NCBI GenBank assembly: GCA_964016885.1
Contig: OZ024741.1
Coordinates: 398,288,001-398,352,000 of the forward strand
Length of the DNA stretch: 64,000 nt
Direction of reading: 5' to 3'
Source of the DNA: Eledone cirrhosa
Taxonomy: Eukaryota
The notes beneath the pieces are model-generated. The model made no database searches and was not told the origin of the DNA. It saw only the letters and a program-made list of their open reading frames with translations. Every line of letters starts with the position of its first letter. Position 1 is the first letter of the stretch. Shown one piece after another: positions 35,601-50,600 of this stretch. Both the position numbers and the translations under genes were made by a program.

Positions 35601-38600
35601 ACAATGTGTGACTTTAGTGTAACATGTAGAGTCACTGAGACACAAGACAGTGTGTCACTTTAGTGTAACATGTAAAGTCACTGAGACACAAGACATTGTG
35701 TCACTTTAGTGTAACATGTAGAGTCACTGAAACACAAGTCAATGTGTGACTTTAGTGTAACATGTAGTCATAGACACAAGGCAATGTGTGACTTTAGTGT
35801 AACATGTAGTCACTGAGACACAAGGCAGTGTGTCACTTTAGTGCAACATGTAGAGTCACTGAGACAAGACAGTGTGTCACTTTAGTGTAACATGTAGTCA
35901 CTGAGACACAAGACAGTGTGTCACTTTAGTGTAACATGTAGAGTCACTGAGACACAAGACAGTGTCACTGAGACACAAGACTGACTTTAGTGTAACATGT
36001 AGAGTCACTGAAACACATGACAATGTGTGACTTTAGTGTAACATGTATAGTCACTGAGACATAAGACAATGTGTCACTTTAGTGTAACATGTAGAATCAC
36101 AGACATGAGACATTGTGTCACTTTAGTGTAACATGTAGTCACTGAGACACAAGACAATGTGTGACTTTAGTGTAACATGTAGAGTCACTGCAACACAAGA
36201 CAGTGTCACTGAGACACAAGACTGACTTTAGTGTAACATGTAGAGTCACTGAGACATAAGACAATGTGTGACTTTAGTCTAACATGTAGTCACTGAGACA
36301 CAAGACTGTGACTTTAGTGTAACATGTAGAGTCACTGAGACACAAGACAATGTGTCACTTTAGTATAACATGTAGAGTCACTGAGACAAGACAATGTGTG
36401 ACTTTAGTGTAATATGTAGAGTCACTGAGACACAAGGCAATGTGTGACTTTAGTGTAAAATGTAGAGTCACTGAGACACAAGGCAGTGTGTCACTTTAGT
36501 GTAACATGCAGTCACTGAGACACAAGGCAATGTGTGACTTTAGTGTAACATGTAGAGTCACTGAGACACAAGCCAGTGTGTCACATCAGTGTAACATGTA
36601 GAGTCATTGAGACACAAGACAGTGTGTCACTTTAGTGTAACATGTAGAGTCACTGAGACACAAGACAATGTCACTTTAGTGTAACATCTAGAGTCACTGA
36701 GACATAAGATAATGTTTCACTTTAGTGTAACATGTAGAGTCACAGACATAAGACATTGTGTCACTTTAGTGTAACATGTAGAGTCACTGAGACACAAGAC
36801 AATGTGTGACTTTAGTGTAACATGTAGAGTCACTGGGACACAAGACAGTGTCACTGAGACAAGACTGTGACTTTAGTGTAACATGTAGAGTCACTGAAAC
36901 ACAAGACAATGTGTGACTTTAGTGTAACATGTAGAGTCACTGCGACACAAGACAGTGTCACTTTAGTGTAACATGTAGAGTCACTGAGACACAAGACAGT
37001 GTGTCACTTTAGTGTAACATGTAGAGTCACTGAGACACAAGACAATGTGTGACTTTAGTGTAACATGTAGAGTCACAGACATAAGACATTGTGTCACTTT
37101 AGTGTAACATGTAGGGTCACTGAGACACAAGACAGTGTCACTTTAGTCTAACATGTAGAGTCACTGAGACACAAGACTGTGTGAATTTAGTGTAACATGT
37201 AGAGTCACTAAAACACAAGACTGTGTCACTTTAGTGTAACATGTAGAGTCACTGAGACACAAGACAATGTGTGACTTTAGTGTAACATGTAGAGTCACTG
37301 AGACACAAGACAGTGTGTCACTTTAGTGTAACATGTGAAGTCACTGAGACACAAGACATTGTGTCACTTTAGTGTAACATGTAGAGTCACTGAAACACAA
37401 GTCAATGTGTCACTTTAGTGTAACATGTAGAATCACAGACATGAGACATTGTGTCACTTTAGTGTAACATGTAGTCACTGAGACACAAGACAATGTGTGA
37501 CTTTAGTGTAACATGTAGTCACTGAGACACAAGGCAGTGTGTCACTTTAGTGCAACATGTAGAGTCACTGAGACAAGACAGTGTGTCACTTTAGTGTAAC
37601 ATGTAGTCACTGAGACACAAGACAGTGTGTCACTTTAGTGTAACATGTAGAGTCACTGAGACACAAGACAGTGTGTCACTTTAGTGTAACATGTAGAGTC
37701 ACTGAGACAAGACAATGTGTGACTTTAGTGTAACATGTATAGTCACTGAGACATAAGACAATGTGTCACTTTAGTGTAACATGTAGAATCACAGACATGA
37801 GACATTGTGTCACTTTAGTGTAACATGTAGTCACTGAGACACAAGACAATGTGTGACTTTAGTGTAACATGTAGAGTCACTGCAACACAAGACTGTGACT
37901 TTAGTGTAACATGTAGAGTCACTGAAACACAAGACAATGTCTGACTTTAGTGTAACATGTAGAGTCACTGCGACACAAGACAGTGTCACTTTAGTGTAAC
38001 ATGTAGAGTCACTGAGACACAAGACAGTGTGTCACTTTAGTGTAACATGTAGAGTCACTGAGACACAAGACAATGTGAATTTAGTGTAACATGTAGAGTC
38101 ACTGCAACACAAGACAATATGTCACTTTAGTGTAACATGTAGTCACTGAGACACAAGACAATGTGTGACTTTAGTGTAACATGTAGAGTCACTGAGATAA
38201 GACAATGTGTGACTTTAGTGTAACATGTAGAGTCACTGAGACACAAGACAATGTGTCACTTCAGTGTAACATGTAGTCACTGAGACACAAGGCAGTGTGT
38301 CACTTTAGTGCAACATGTAGAGTCACTGAGACAAGACAGTGTGTCACTTTAGTGTAACATGTAAAGTCACTGAGACACAAGACAATGTGTCACTTTAGTG
38401 TAACATGTAGAGTCAATGAGACACAAGACAGTGCGTCACTTTAGTGTAACATGTAGTGTCACTGAGACAAAACAATTTGTGACTTTAGTGTAACATGTAG
38501 AGTCACTGAGACACAAGACAGTGTGTCACTTTAGTGTAACATGTAGAGTCACTGAGATACAAGACAGTGTGTCACTTTAGTGTAACATGTAGAGTCACTG

Positions 38601-41600
38601 AGACACAAGGCAGTGTGTCACTTTAGTGTAACATGTAGACTCACTGAGACAAGACAATGTGTGACTTTAGTGTAACATGTAGAGTCACTGAGACATAAGA
38701 CAATGTTTGACTTTAGTGTAACATGTAGAGTCACTGAGACAAGACAATGTGTGACTTTAGTGTAACATGTAGTCATAGACACAAGGCAATGTGTGACTTT
38801 AGTGTAACATGTAGTCACTGAGACAAGGCAGTGTGTCACTTTAGTGCAACATGTAGTCACTGAGACAAGACAGTGTGTCACTTTAGTGTAACATGTAGAG
38901 TCACTGAGACACAAGACAGTGTGTCACTTTAGTGCAACATGTAGGCATAGACACAAGACAATGTGTGACTTTAGTGTAACATGTAGAGTCACTAAGACAA
39001 GACAATGTGTGACTTTAGTGTAACATGTAGAGTCACTGAGACATAAGACAATGTGTGACTTTAGTCTAACATGTAGTCACTGAGACACAAGACTGTGACT
39101 TTAGTGTAACATGTAGAGTCACTGAGACACAAGACAATGTGTCACTTTAGTATAACATGTAGAGTCACTGAGACAAGACAATGTGTGACTTTAGTGTAAC
39201 ATGTAGAGTCACTGAGACACAAGGCAATGTGTGACTTTAGTGTAAAATGTAGAGTCACTGAGACACAAGGCAGTGTGTCACTTTAGTGTAACATGCAGTC
39301 ACTGAGACACAAGGCAATGTGTGACTTTAGTGTAACATGTAGAGTCACTGAGACACAAGCCAGTGTGTCACATCAGTGTAACATGTAGAGTCATTGAGAC
39401 ACAAGACAGTGTGTCACTTTAGTGTAACATGTAGAGTCACTGAGACAAGACAATGTCACTTTAGTGTAACATGTAGAGTCACTGAGACATAAGATAATGT
39501 TTCAATTTAGTGTAACATGTAGAGTCACAGACATAAGACATTGTGTCACTTTAGTGTAACATGTAGAGTCACTGAGACACAAGACAATGTGTGACTTTAG
39601 TGTAACATGTAGAGTCACTGGGACACAAGACAGTGTCACTGAGACAAGACTATGACTTTAGTGTAACATGTAGAGTCACTGAAACACAAGACAATGTGTG
39701 ACTTTAGTGTAACATGTAGAGTCACTGCGACACAAGACAGTGTCACTTTAGTGTAACATGTAGAGTCACTGAGACACAAGACAGTGTGTCACTTTAGTGT
39801 AACATGTAGAGTCACTGAGACACAAGACAATGTGTGACTTTAGTGTAACATGTAGAGTCACAGACATAAGACATTGTGTCACTTTAGTGTAACATGTAGG
39901 GTCACTGAGACACAAGACAGTGTCACTATAGTCTAACATGTAGAGTCACTGAGACACAAGACTGTGTGACTTTAGTGTAACATGTAGAGTCACTGAAACA
40001 CAAGACTGTGTCACTTTAGTGTAACATGTAGAGTCACTGAAACACAAGACAATGTGTGACTTTAGTGTAACATGTAGAGTCACTGAGACACAAGACAGTG
40101 TGTCACTTTAGTGTAACATGTAAAGTCACTGAGACACAAGACATTGTGTCACTTTAGTGTAACATGTAGAGTCACTGAAACACAAGTCAATGTGTGACTT
40201 TAGTGTAACATGTAGTCATAGACACAAGGCAATGTGTGACTTTAGTGTAACATGTAGTCACTGAGACACAAGGCAGTGTGTCACTTTAGTGCAACATGTA
40301 GAGTCACTGAGACAAGACAGTGTGTCACTTTAGTGTAACATGTAGTCACTGAGACACAAGACAGTGTGTCACTTTAGTGTAACATGTAGAGTCACTGAGA
40401 CACAAGACAGTGTGTCACTTTAGTGTAACATGTAGAGTCACTGAGACATGACAATGTGTGACTTTAGTGTAACATGTATAGTCACTGAGACATAAGACAA
40501 TGTGTCACTTTAGTGTAACATGTAGAATCACAGACATGAGACATTGTGTCACTTTAGTGTAACATGTAGTCACTGAGACACAAGACAATGTGTGACTTTA
40601 GTGTAACATGTAGAGTCACTGCAACACAAGACAGTGTCACTGAGACACAAGACTGACTTTAGTGTAACATGTAGAGTCACTGAAACACAAGACAATGTGT
40701 GACTTTAGTGTAACATGTAGAGTCACTGCGACACAAGACAGTGTCACTTTAGTGTAACATGTAGAGTCACTGAGACACAAGACAGTGTGTCACTTTAGTG
40801 TAACATGTAGACTCACTGAGACACAAGACAATGTGTGACTTTAGTGTAACATGTAGAGTCACTGAGACATAAGACAATGTTTGACTTTAGTGTAACATGT
40901 AGAGTCACTGAGACAAGACAATGTGTGACTTTAGTGTAACATGTAGTCATAGACACAAGGCAATGTGTGACTTTAGTGTAACATGTAGTCACTGAGACAA
41001 GGCAGTGTGTCACTTTAGTGCAACATGTAGTCACTGAGACAAGACAGTGTTTCACTTTAGTGTAACATGTAGAGTCACTGAGACACAAGACAGTGTGTCA
41101 CTTTAGTGTAACATGTAGAGTCACTGAGACACAAGACAGTGTGTCACTTTAGTGCAACATGTAGGCATAGACACAAGGCAATGTGTGACTTTAGTGTAAC
41201 ATGTAGAGTCACTAAGACAAGACAATGTGTGACTTTAGTGTAACATGTAGAGTCACTGAGACATAAGACAATGTGTGACTTTAGTCTAACATGTAGTCAC
41301 TGAGACACAAGACTGTGACTTTAGTGTAACATGTAGAGTCACTGAGACACAAGACAATGTGTCACTTTAGTATAACATGTAGAGTCACTGAGACAAGACA
41401 ATGTGTGACTTTAGTGTAACATGTAGAGTCACTGAGACACAAGGCAATGTGTGACTTTAGTGTAAAATGTAGAGTCACTGAGACACAAGGCAGTGTGTCA
41501 CTTTAGTGTAACATGCAGTCACTGAGACACAAGGCAATGTGTGACTTTAGTGTAACATGTAGTGTCACTGAGACACAAGCCAGTGTGTCACATCAGTGTA

Positions 41601-44600
41601 ACATGTAGAGTCATTGAGACACAAGACAGTGTGTCACTTTAGTGTAACATGTAGAGTCACTGAGACACAAGACAATGTCACTTTAGTGTAACATCTAGAG
41701 TCACTGAGACATAAGATAATGTTTCACTTTAGTGTAACATGTAGAGTCACAGACATAAGACATTGTGTCACTTTAGTGTAACATGTAGAGTCACTGAGAC
41801 ACAAGACAATGTGTGACTTTAGTGTAACATGTAGAGTCACTGGGACACAAGACAGTGTCACTGAGACAAGACTGTGACTTTAGTGTAACATGTAGAGTCA
41901 CTGAAACACAAGACAATGTGTGACTTTAGTGTAACATGTAGAGTCACTGCGACACAAGACAGTGTCACTTTAGTGTAACATGTAGAGTCACTGAGACACA
42001 AGACAGTGTGTCACTTTAGTGTAACATGTAGAGTCACTGAGACACAAGACAATGTGTGACTTTAGTGTAACATGTAGAGTCACAGACATAAGACATTGTG
42101 TCACTTTAGTGTAACATGTAGGGTCACTGAGACACAAGACAGTGTCACTTTAGTCTAACATGTAGAGTCACTGAGACACAAGACTGTGTGACTTTAGTGT
42201 AACATGTAGAGTCACTAAAACACAAGACTGTGTCACTTTAGTGTAACATGTAGAGTCACTGAGACACAAGACAATGTGTGACTTTAGTGTAACATGTAGA
42301 GTCACTGAGACACAAGACAGTGTGTCACTTTAGTGTAACATGTAAAGTCACTGAGACACAAGACATTGTGTCACTTTAGTGTAACATGTAGAGTCACTGA
42401 AACACAAGTCAATGTGTCACTTTAGTGTAACATGTAGAATCACAGACATGAGACATTGTGTCACTTTAGTGTAACATGTAGTCACTGAGACACAAGACAA
42501 TGTGTGACTTTAGTGTAACATGTAGTCACTGAGACACAAGGCAGTGTGTCACTTTAGTGCAACATGTAGAGTCACTGAGACAAGACAGTGTGTCACTTTA
42601 GTGTAACATGTAGTCACTGAGACACAAGACAGTGTGTCACTTTAGTGTAACATGTAGAGTCACTGAGACACAAGACAGTGTGTCACTTTAGTGTAACATG
42701 TAGAGTCACTGAGACAAGACAATGTGTGACTTTAGTGTAACATGTATAGTCACTGAGACATAAGACAATGTGTCACTTTAGTGTAACATGTAGAATCACA
42801 GACATGAGACATTGTGTCACTTTAGTGTAACATGTAGTCACTGAGACACAAGACAATGTGTGACTTTAGTGTAACATGTAGAGTCACTGCAACACAAGAC
42901 AGTGTCACTGAGACACAAGACTGTGACTTTAGTGTAACATGTAGAGTCACTGAAACACAAGACAATGTGTGACTTTAGTGTAACATGTAGAGTCACTGCG
43001 ACACAAGACAGTGTCACTTTAGTGTAACATGTAGAGTCACTGAGACACAAGACAGTGTGTCACTTTAGTGTAACATGTAGAGTCACTGAGACACAAGACA
43101 ATGTGAATTTAGTGTAACATGTAGAGTCACTGCAACACAAGACAATATGTCACTTTAGTGTAACATGTAGTCACTGAGACACAAGACAATGTGTGACTTT
43201 AGTGTAACATGTAGAGTCACTGAGATAAGACAATGTGTGACTTTAGTGTAACATGTAGAGTCACTGAGACACAAGACAATGTGTCACTTCAGTGTAACAT
43301 GTAGTCACTGAGACACAAGGCAGTGTGTCACTTTAGTGCAACATGTAGAGTCACTGAGACAAGACAGTGTGTCACTTTAGTGTAACATGTAGAGTCACTG
43401 AGACACAAGACAGTGTGTCACTTTAGTGTAACATGTAGAGTCACTGAGACACAAGACAATGTGTGACTTTAGTGTAACATGTAGAGTCACAGACATAAGA
43501 CATTGTGTCACTTTAGTGTAACATGTAGGGTCACTGAGACACAAGACAGTGTCACTATAGTCTAACATGTAGAGTCACTGAGACACAAGACTGTGTGACT
43601 TTAGTGTAACATGTAGAGTCACTGAAACACAAGACTGTGTCACTTTAGTGTAACATGTAGAGTCACTGAAACACAAGACAATGTGTGACTTTAGTGTAAC
43701 ATGTAGAGTCACTGAGACACAAGACAGTGTGTCACTTTAGTGTAACATGTAAAGTCACTGAGACACAAGACATTGTGTCACTTTAGTGTAACATGTAGAG
43801 TCACTGAAACACAAGTCAATGTGTGACTTTAGTGTAACATGTAGTCATAGACACAAGGCAATGTGTGACTTTAGTGTAACATGTAGTCACTGAGACACAA
43901 GGCAGTGTGTCACTTTAGTGCAACATGTAGAGTCACTGAGACAAGACAGTGTGTCACTTTAGTGTAACATGTAGTCACTGAGACACAAGACAGTGTGTCA
44001 CTTTAGTGTAACATGTAGAGTCACTGAGACACAAGACTGACTTTAGTGTAACATGTAGAGTCACTGAAACACATGACAATGTGTGACTTTAGTGTAACAT
44101 GTATAGTCACTGAGACATAAGACAATGTGTCACTTTAGTGTAACATGTAGAATCACAGACATGAGACATTGTGTCACTTTAGTGTAACATGTAGTCACTG
44201 AGACACAAGACAATGTGTGACTTTAGTGTAACATGTAGAGTCACTGCAACACAAGACAGTGTCACTGAGACACAAGACTGACTTTAGTGTAACATGTAGA
44301 GTCACTGAGACATAAGACAATGTGTGACTTTAGTCTAACATGTAGTCACTGAGACACAAGACTGTGACTTTAGTGTAACATGTAGAGTCACTGAGACACA
44401 AGACAATGTGTCACTTTAGTATAACATGTAGAGTCACTGAGACAAGACAATGTGTGACTTTAGTGTAATATGTAGAGTCACTGAGACACAAGGCAATGTG
44501 TGACTTTAGTGTAAAATGTAGAGTCACTGAGACACAAGGCAGTGTGTCACTTTAGTGTAACATGCAGTCACTGAGACACAAGGCAATGTGTGACTTTAGT

Positions 44601-47600
44601 GTAACATGTAGAGTCACTGAGACACAAGCCAGTGTGTCACATCAGTGTAACATGTAGAGTCATTGAGACACAAGACAGTGTGTCACTTTAGTGTAACATG
44701 TAGAGTCACTGAGACACAAGACAATGTCACTTTAGTGTAACATCTAGAGTCACTGAGACATAAGATAATGTTTCACTTTAGTGTAACATGTAGAGTCACA
44801 GACATAAGACATTGTGTCACTTTAGTGTAACATGTAGAGTCACTGAGACACAAGACAATGTGTGACTTTAGTGTAACATGTAGAGTCACTGGGACACAAG
44901 ACAGTGTCACTGAGACAAGACTGTGACTTTAGTGTAACATGTAGAGTCACTGAAACACAAGACAATGTGTGACTTTAGTGTAACATGTAGAGTCACTGCG
45001 ACACAAGACAGTGTCACTTTAGTGTAACATGTAGAGTCACTGAGACACAAGACAGTGTGTCACTTTAGTGTAACATGTAGAGTCACTGAGACACAAGACA
45101 ATGTGTGACTTTAGTGTAACATGTAGAGTCACAGACATAAGACATTGTGTCACTTTAGTGTAACATGTAGGGTCACTGAGACACAAGACAGTGTCACTTT
45201 AGTCTAACATGTAGAGTCACTGAGACACAAGACTGTGTGACTTTAGTGTAACATGTAGAGTCACTAAAACACAAGACTGTGTCACTTTAGTGTAACATGT
45301 AGAGTCACTGAGACACAAGACAATGTGTGACTTTAGTGTAACATGTAGAGTCACTGAGACACAAGACAGTGTGTCACTTTAGTGTAACATGTAAAGTCAC
45401 TGAGACACAAGACATTGTGTCACTTTAGTGTAACATGTAGAGTCACTGAAACACAAGTCAATGTGTCACTTTAGTGTAACATGTAGAATCACAGACATGA
45501 GACATTGTGTCACTTTAGTGTAACATGTAGTCACTGAGACACAAGACAATGTGTGACTTTAGTGTAACATGTAGTCACTGAGACACAAGGCAGTGTGTCA
45601 CTTTAGTGCAACATGTAGAGTCACTGAGACAAGACAGTGTGTCACTTTAGTGTAACATGTAGTCACTGAGACACAAGACAGTGTGTCACTTTAGTGTAAC
45701 ATGTAGAGTCACTGAGACACAAGACAGTGTGTCACTTTAGTGTAACATGTAGAGTCACTGAGACAAGACAATGTGTGACTTTAGTGTAACATGTATAGTC
45801 ACTGAGACATAAGACAATGTGTCACTTTAGTGTAACATGTAGAATCACAGACATGAGACATTGTGTCACTTTAGTGTAACATGTAGTCACTGAGACACAA
45901 GACAATGTGTGACTTTAGTGTAACATGTAGAGTCACTGCAACACAAGACAGTGTCACTGAGACACAAGACTGTGACTTTAGTGTAACATGTAGAGTCACT
46001 GAAACACAAGACAATGTGTGACTTTAGTGTAACATGTAGAGTCACTGCGACACAAGACAGTGTCACTTTAGTGTAACATGTAGAGTCACTGAGACACAAG
46101 ACAGTGTGTCACTTTAGTGTAACATGTAGAGTCACTGAGACACAAGACAATGTGAATTTAGTGTAACATGTAGAGTCACTGCAACACAAGACAATATGTC
46201 ACTTTAGTGTAACATGTAGTCACTGAGACACAAGACAATGTGTGACTTTAGTGTAACATGTAGAGTCACTGAGATAAGACAATGTGTGACTTTAGTGTAA
46301 CATGTAGAGTCACTGAGACACAAGACAATGTGTCACTTCAGTGTAACATGTAGTCACTGAGACACAAGGCAGTGTGTCACTTTAGTGCAACATGTAGAGT
46401 CACTGAGACAAGACAGTGTGTCACTTTAGTGTAACATGTAAAGTCACTGAGACACAAGACAATGTGTCACTTTAGTATAACATGTAGAGTCACTGAGACA
46501 CAAGACAATGTGTGACTTTAGTGTAACATGTAGAGTCACTGAGACATAAGACAATGTGTGACTTTAGTGTAACATGTAGTCACTGAGACACAAGACAATG
46601 TGTGACTTTAGTGTAACATGTAGAGTCACTGAGACAAGACTGTGTCACTTTAGTGTAACATGTAGAGTCAATGAGACACAAGACAGTGCGTCACTTTAGT
46701 GTAACATGTAGTGTCACTGAGACAAAACAATTTGTGACTTTAGTGTAACATGTAGAGTCACTGAGACACAAGACAGTGTGTCACTTTAGTGTAACATGTA
46801 GAGTCACTGAGATACAAGACAGTGTGTCACTTTAGTGTAACATGTAGAGTCACTGAGACACAAGGCAGTGTGTCACTTTAGTGTAACATGTAGACTCACT
46901 GAGACAAGACAATGTGTGACTTTAGTGTAACATGTAGAGTCACTGAGACATAAGACAATGTTTGACTTTAGTGTAACATGTAGAGTCACTGAGACAAGAC
47001 AGTGTGTCACTTTAGTGTAACATGTAGTCATAGACACAAGGCAATGTGTGACTTTAGTGTAACATGTAGTCACTGAGACAAGGCAGTGTGTCACTTTAGT
47101 GCAACATGTAGTCACTGAGACAAGACAGTGTGTCACTTTAGTGTAACATGTAGAGTCACTGAGACACAAGACAGTGTGTCACTTTAGTGCAACATGTAGG
47201 CATAGACACAAGACAATGTGTGACTTTAGTGTAACATGTAGAGTCACTAAGACAAGACAATGTGTGACTTTAGTGTAACATGTAGAGTCACTGAGACATA
47301 AGACAATGTGTGACTTTAGTCTAACATGTAGTCACTGAGACACAAGACTGTGACTTTAGTGTAACATGTAGAGTCACTGAGACACAAGACAATGTGTCAC
47401 TTTAGTATAACATGTAGAGTCACTGAGACAAGACAATGTGTGACTTTAGTGTAACATGTAGAGTCACTGAGACACAAGGCAATGTGTGACTTTAGTGTAA
47501 AATGTAGAGTCACTGAGACACAAGGCAGTGTGTCACTTTAGTGTAACATGCAGTCACTGAGACACAAGGCAATGTGTGACTTTAGTGTAACATGTAGAGT

Positions 47601-50600
47601 CACTGAGACACAAGCCAGTGTGTCACATCAGTGTAACATGTAGAGTCATTGAGACACAAGACAGTGTGTCACTTTAGTGTAACATGTAGAGTCACTGAGA
47701 CAAGACAATGTCACTTTAGTGTAACATGTAGAGTCACTGAGACATAAGATAATGTTTCAATTTAGTGTAACATGTAGAGTCACAGACATAAGACATTGTG
47801 TCACTTTAGTGTAACATGTAGAGTCACTGAGACACAAGACAATGTGTGACTTTAGTGTAACATGTAGAGTCACTGGGACACAAGACAGTGTCACTGAGAC
47901 AAGACTGTGACTTTAGTGTAACATGTAGAGTCACTGAAACACAAGACAATGTGTGACTTTAGTGTAACATGTAGAGTCACTGCGACACAAGACAGTGTCA
48001 CTTTAGTGTAACATGTAGAGTCACTGAGACACAAGACAGTGTGTCACTTTAGTGTAACATGTAGAGTCACTGAGACACAAGACAATGTGTGACTTTAGTG
48101 TAACATGTAGAGTCACAGACATAAGACATTGTGTCACTTTAGTGTAACATGTAGGGTCACTGAGACACAAGACAGTGTCACTATAGTCTAACATGTAGAG
48201 TCACTGAGACACAAGACTGTGTGACTTTAGTGTAACATGTAGAGTCACTGAAACACAAGACTGTGTCACTTTAGTGTAACATGTAGAGTCACTGAAACAC
48301 AAGACAATGTGTGACTTTAGTGTAACATGTAGAGTCACTGAGACACAAGACAGTGTGTCACTTTAGTGTAACATGTAAAGTCACTGAGACACAAGACATT
48401 GTGTCACTTTAGTGTAACATGTAGAGTCACTGAAACACAAGTCAATGTGTGACTTTAGTGTAACATGTAGTCATAGACACAAGGCAATGTGTGACTTTAG
48501 TGTAACATGTAGTCACTGAGACACAAGGCAGTGTGTCACTTTAGTGCAACATGTAGAGTCACTGAGACAAGACAGTGTGTCACTTTAGTGTAACATGTAG
48601 TCACTGAGACACAAGACAGTGTGTCACTTTAGTGTAACATGTAGAGTCACTGAGACACAAGACAGTGTGTCACTTTAGTGTAACATGTAGAGTCACTGAG
48701 ACATGACAATGTGTGACTTTAGTGTAACATGTATAGTCACTGAGACATAAGACAATGTGTCACTTTAGTGTAACATGTAGAATCACAGACATGAGACATT
48801 GTGTCACTTTAGTGTAACATGTAGTCACTGAGACACAAGACAATGTGTGACTTTAGTGTAACATGTAGAGTCACTGCAACACAAGACAGTGTCACTGAGA
48901 CACAAGACTGACTTTAGTGTAACATGTAGAGTCACTGAAACACAAGACAATGTGTGACTTTAGTGTAACATGTAGAGTCACTGCGACACAAGACAGTGTC
49001 ACTTTAGTGTAACATGTAGAGTCACTGAGACACAAGACAGTGTGTCACTTTAGTGTAACATGTAGACTCACTGAGACACAAGACAATGTGTGACTTTAGT
49101 GTAACATGTAGAGTCACTGAGACATAAGACAATGTTTGACTTTAGTGTAACATGTAGAGTCACTGAGACAAGACAATGTGTGACTTTAGTGTAACATGTA
49201 GTCATAGACACAAGGCAATGTGTGACTTTAGTGTAACATGTAGTCACTGAGACAAGGCAGTGTGTCACTTTAGTGCAACATGTAGTCACTGAGACAAGAC
49301 AGTGTTTCACTTTAGTGTAACATGTAGAGTCACTGAGACACAAGACAGTGTGTCACTTTAGTGTAACATGTAGAGTCACTGAGACACAAGACAGTGTGTC
49401 ACTTTAGTGCAACATGTAGGCATAGACACAAGGCAATGTGTGACTTTAGTGTAACATGTAGAGTCACTAAGACAAGACAATGTGTGACTTTAGTGTAACA
49501 TGTAGAGTCACTGAGACATAAGACAATGTGTGACTTTAGTCTAACATGTAGTCACTGAGACACAAGACTGTGACTTTAGTGTAACATGTAGAGTCACTGA
49601 GACACAAGACAATGTGTCACTTTAGTATAACATGTAGAGTCACTGAGACAAGACAATGTGTGACTTTAGTGTAACATGTAGAGTCACTGAGACACAAGGC
49701 AATGTGTGACTTTAGTGTAAAATGTAGAGTCACTGAGACACAAGGCAGTGTGTCACTTTAGTGTAACATGCAGTCACTGAGACACAAGGCAATGTGTGAC
49801 TTTAGTGTAACATGTAGAGTCACTGAGACACAAGCCAGTGTGTCACATCAGTGTAACATGTAGAGTCATTGAGACACAAGACAGTGTGTCACTTTAGTGT
49901 AACATGTAGAGTCACTGAGACACAAGACAATGTCACTTTAGTGTAACATCTAGAGTCACTGAGACATAAGATAATGTTTCACTTTAGTGTAACATGTAGA
50001 GTCACAGACATAAGACATTGTGTCACTTTAGTGTAACATGTAGAGTCACTGAGACACAAGACAATGTGTGACTTTAGTGTAACATGTAGAGTCACTGGGA
50101 CACAAGACAGTGTCACTGAGACAAGACTGTGACTTTAGTGTAACATGTAGAGTCACTGAAACACAAGACAATGTGTGACTTTAGTGTAACATGTAGAGTC
50201 ACTGCGACACAAGACAGTGTCACTTTAGTGTAACATGTAGAGTCACTGAGACACAAGACAGTGTGTCACTTTAGTGTAACATGTAGAGTCACTGAGACAC
50301 AAGACAATGTGTGACTTTAGTGTAACATGTAGAGTCACAGACATAAGACATTGTGTCACTTTAGTGTAACATGTAGGGTCACTGAGACACAAGACAGTGT
50401 CACTTTAGTCTAACATGTAGAGTCACTGAGACACAAGACTGTGTGACTTTAGTGTAACATGTAGAGTCACTAAAACACAAGACTGTGTCACTTTAGTGTA
50501 ACATGTAGGGTCACTGAGACACAAGACAATGTGTGACTTTAGTGTAACATGTAGAGTCACTGAGACACAAGACAGTGTGTCACTTTAGTGTAACATGTAA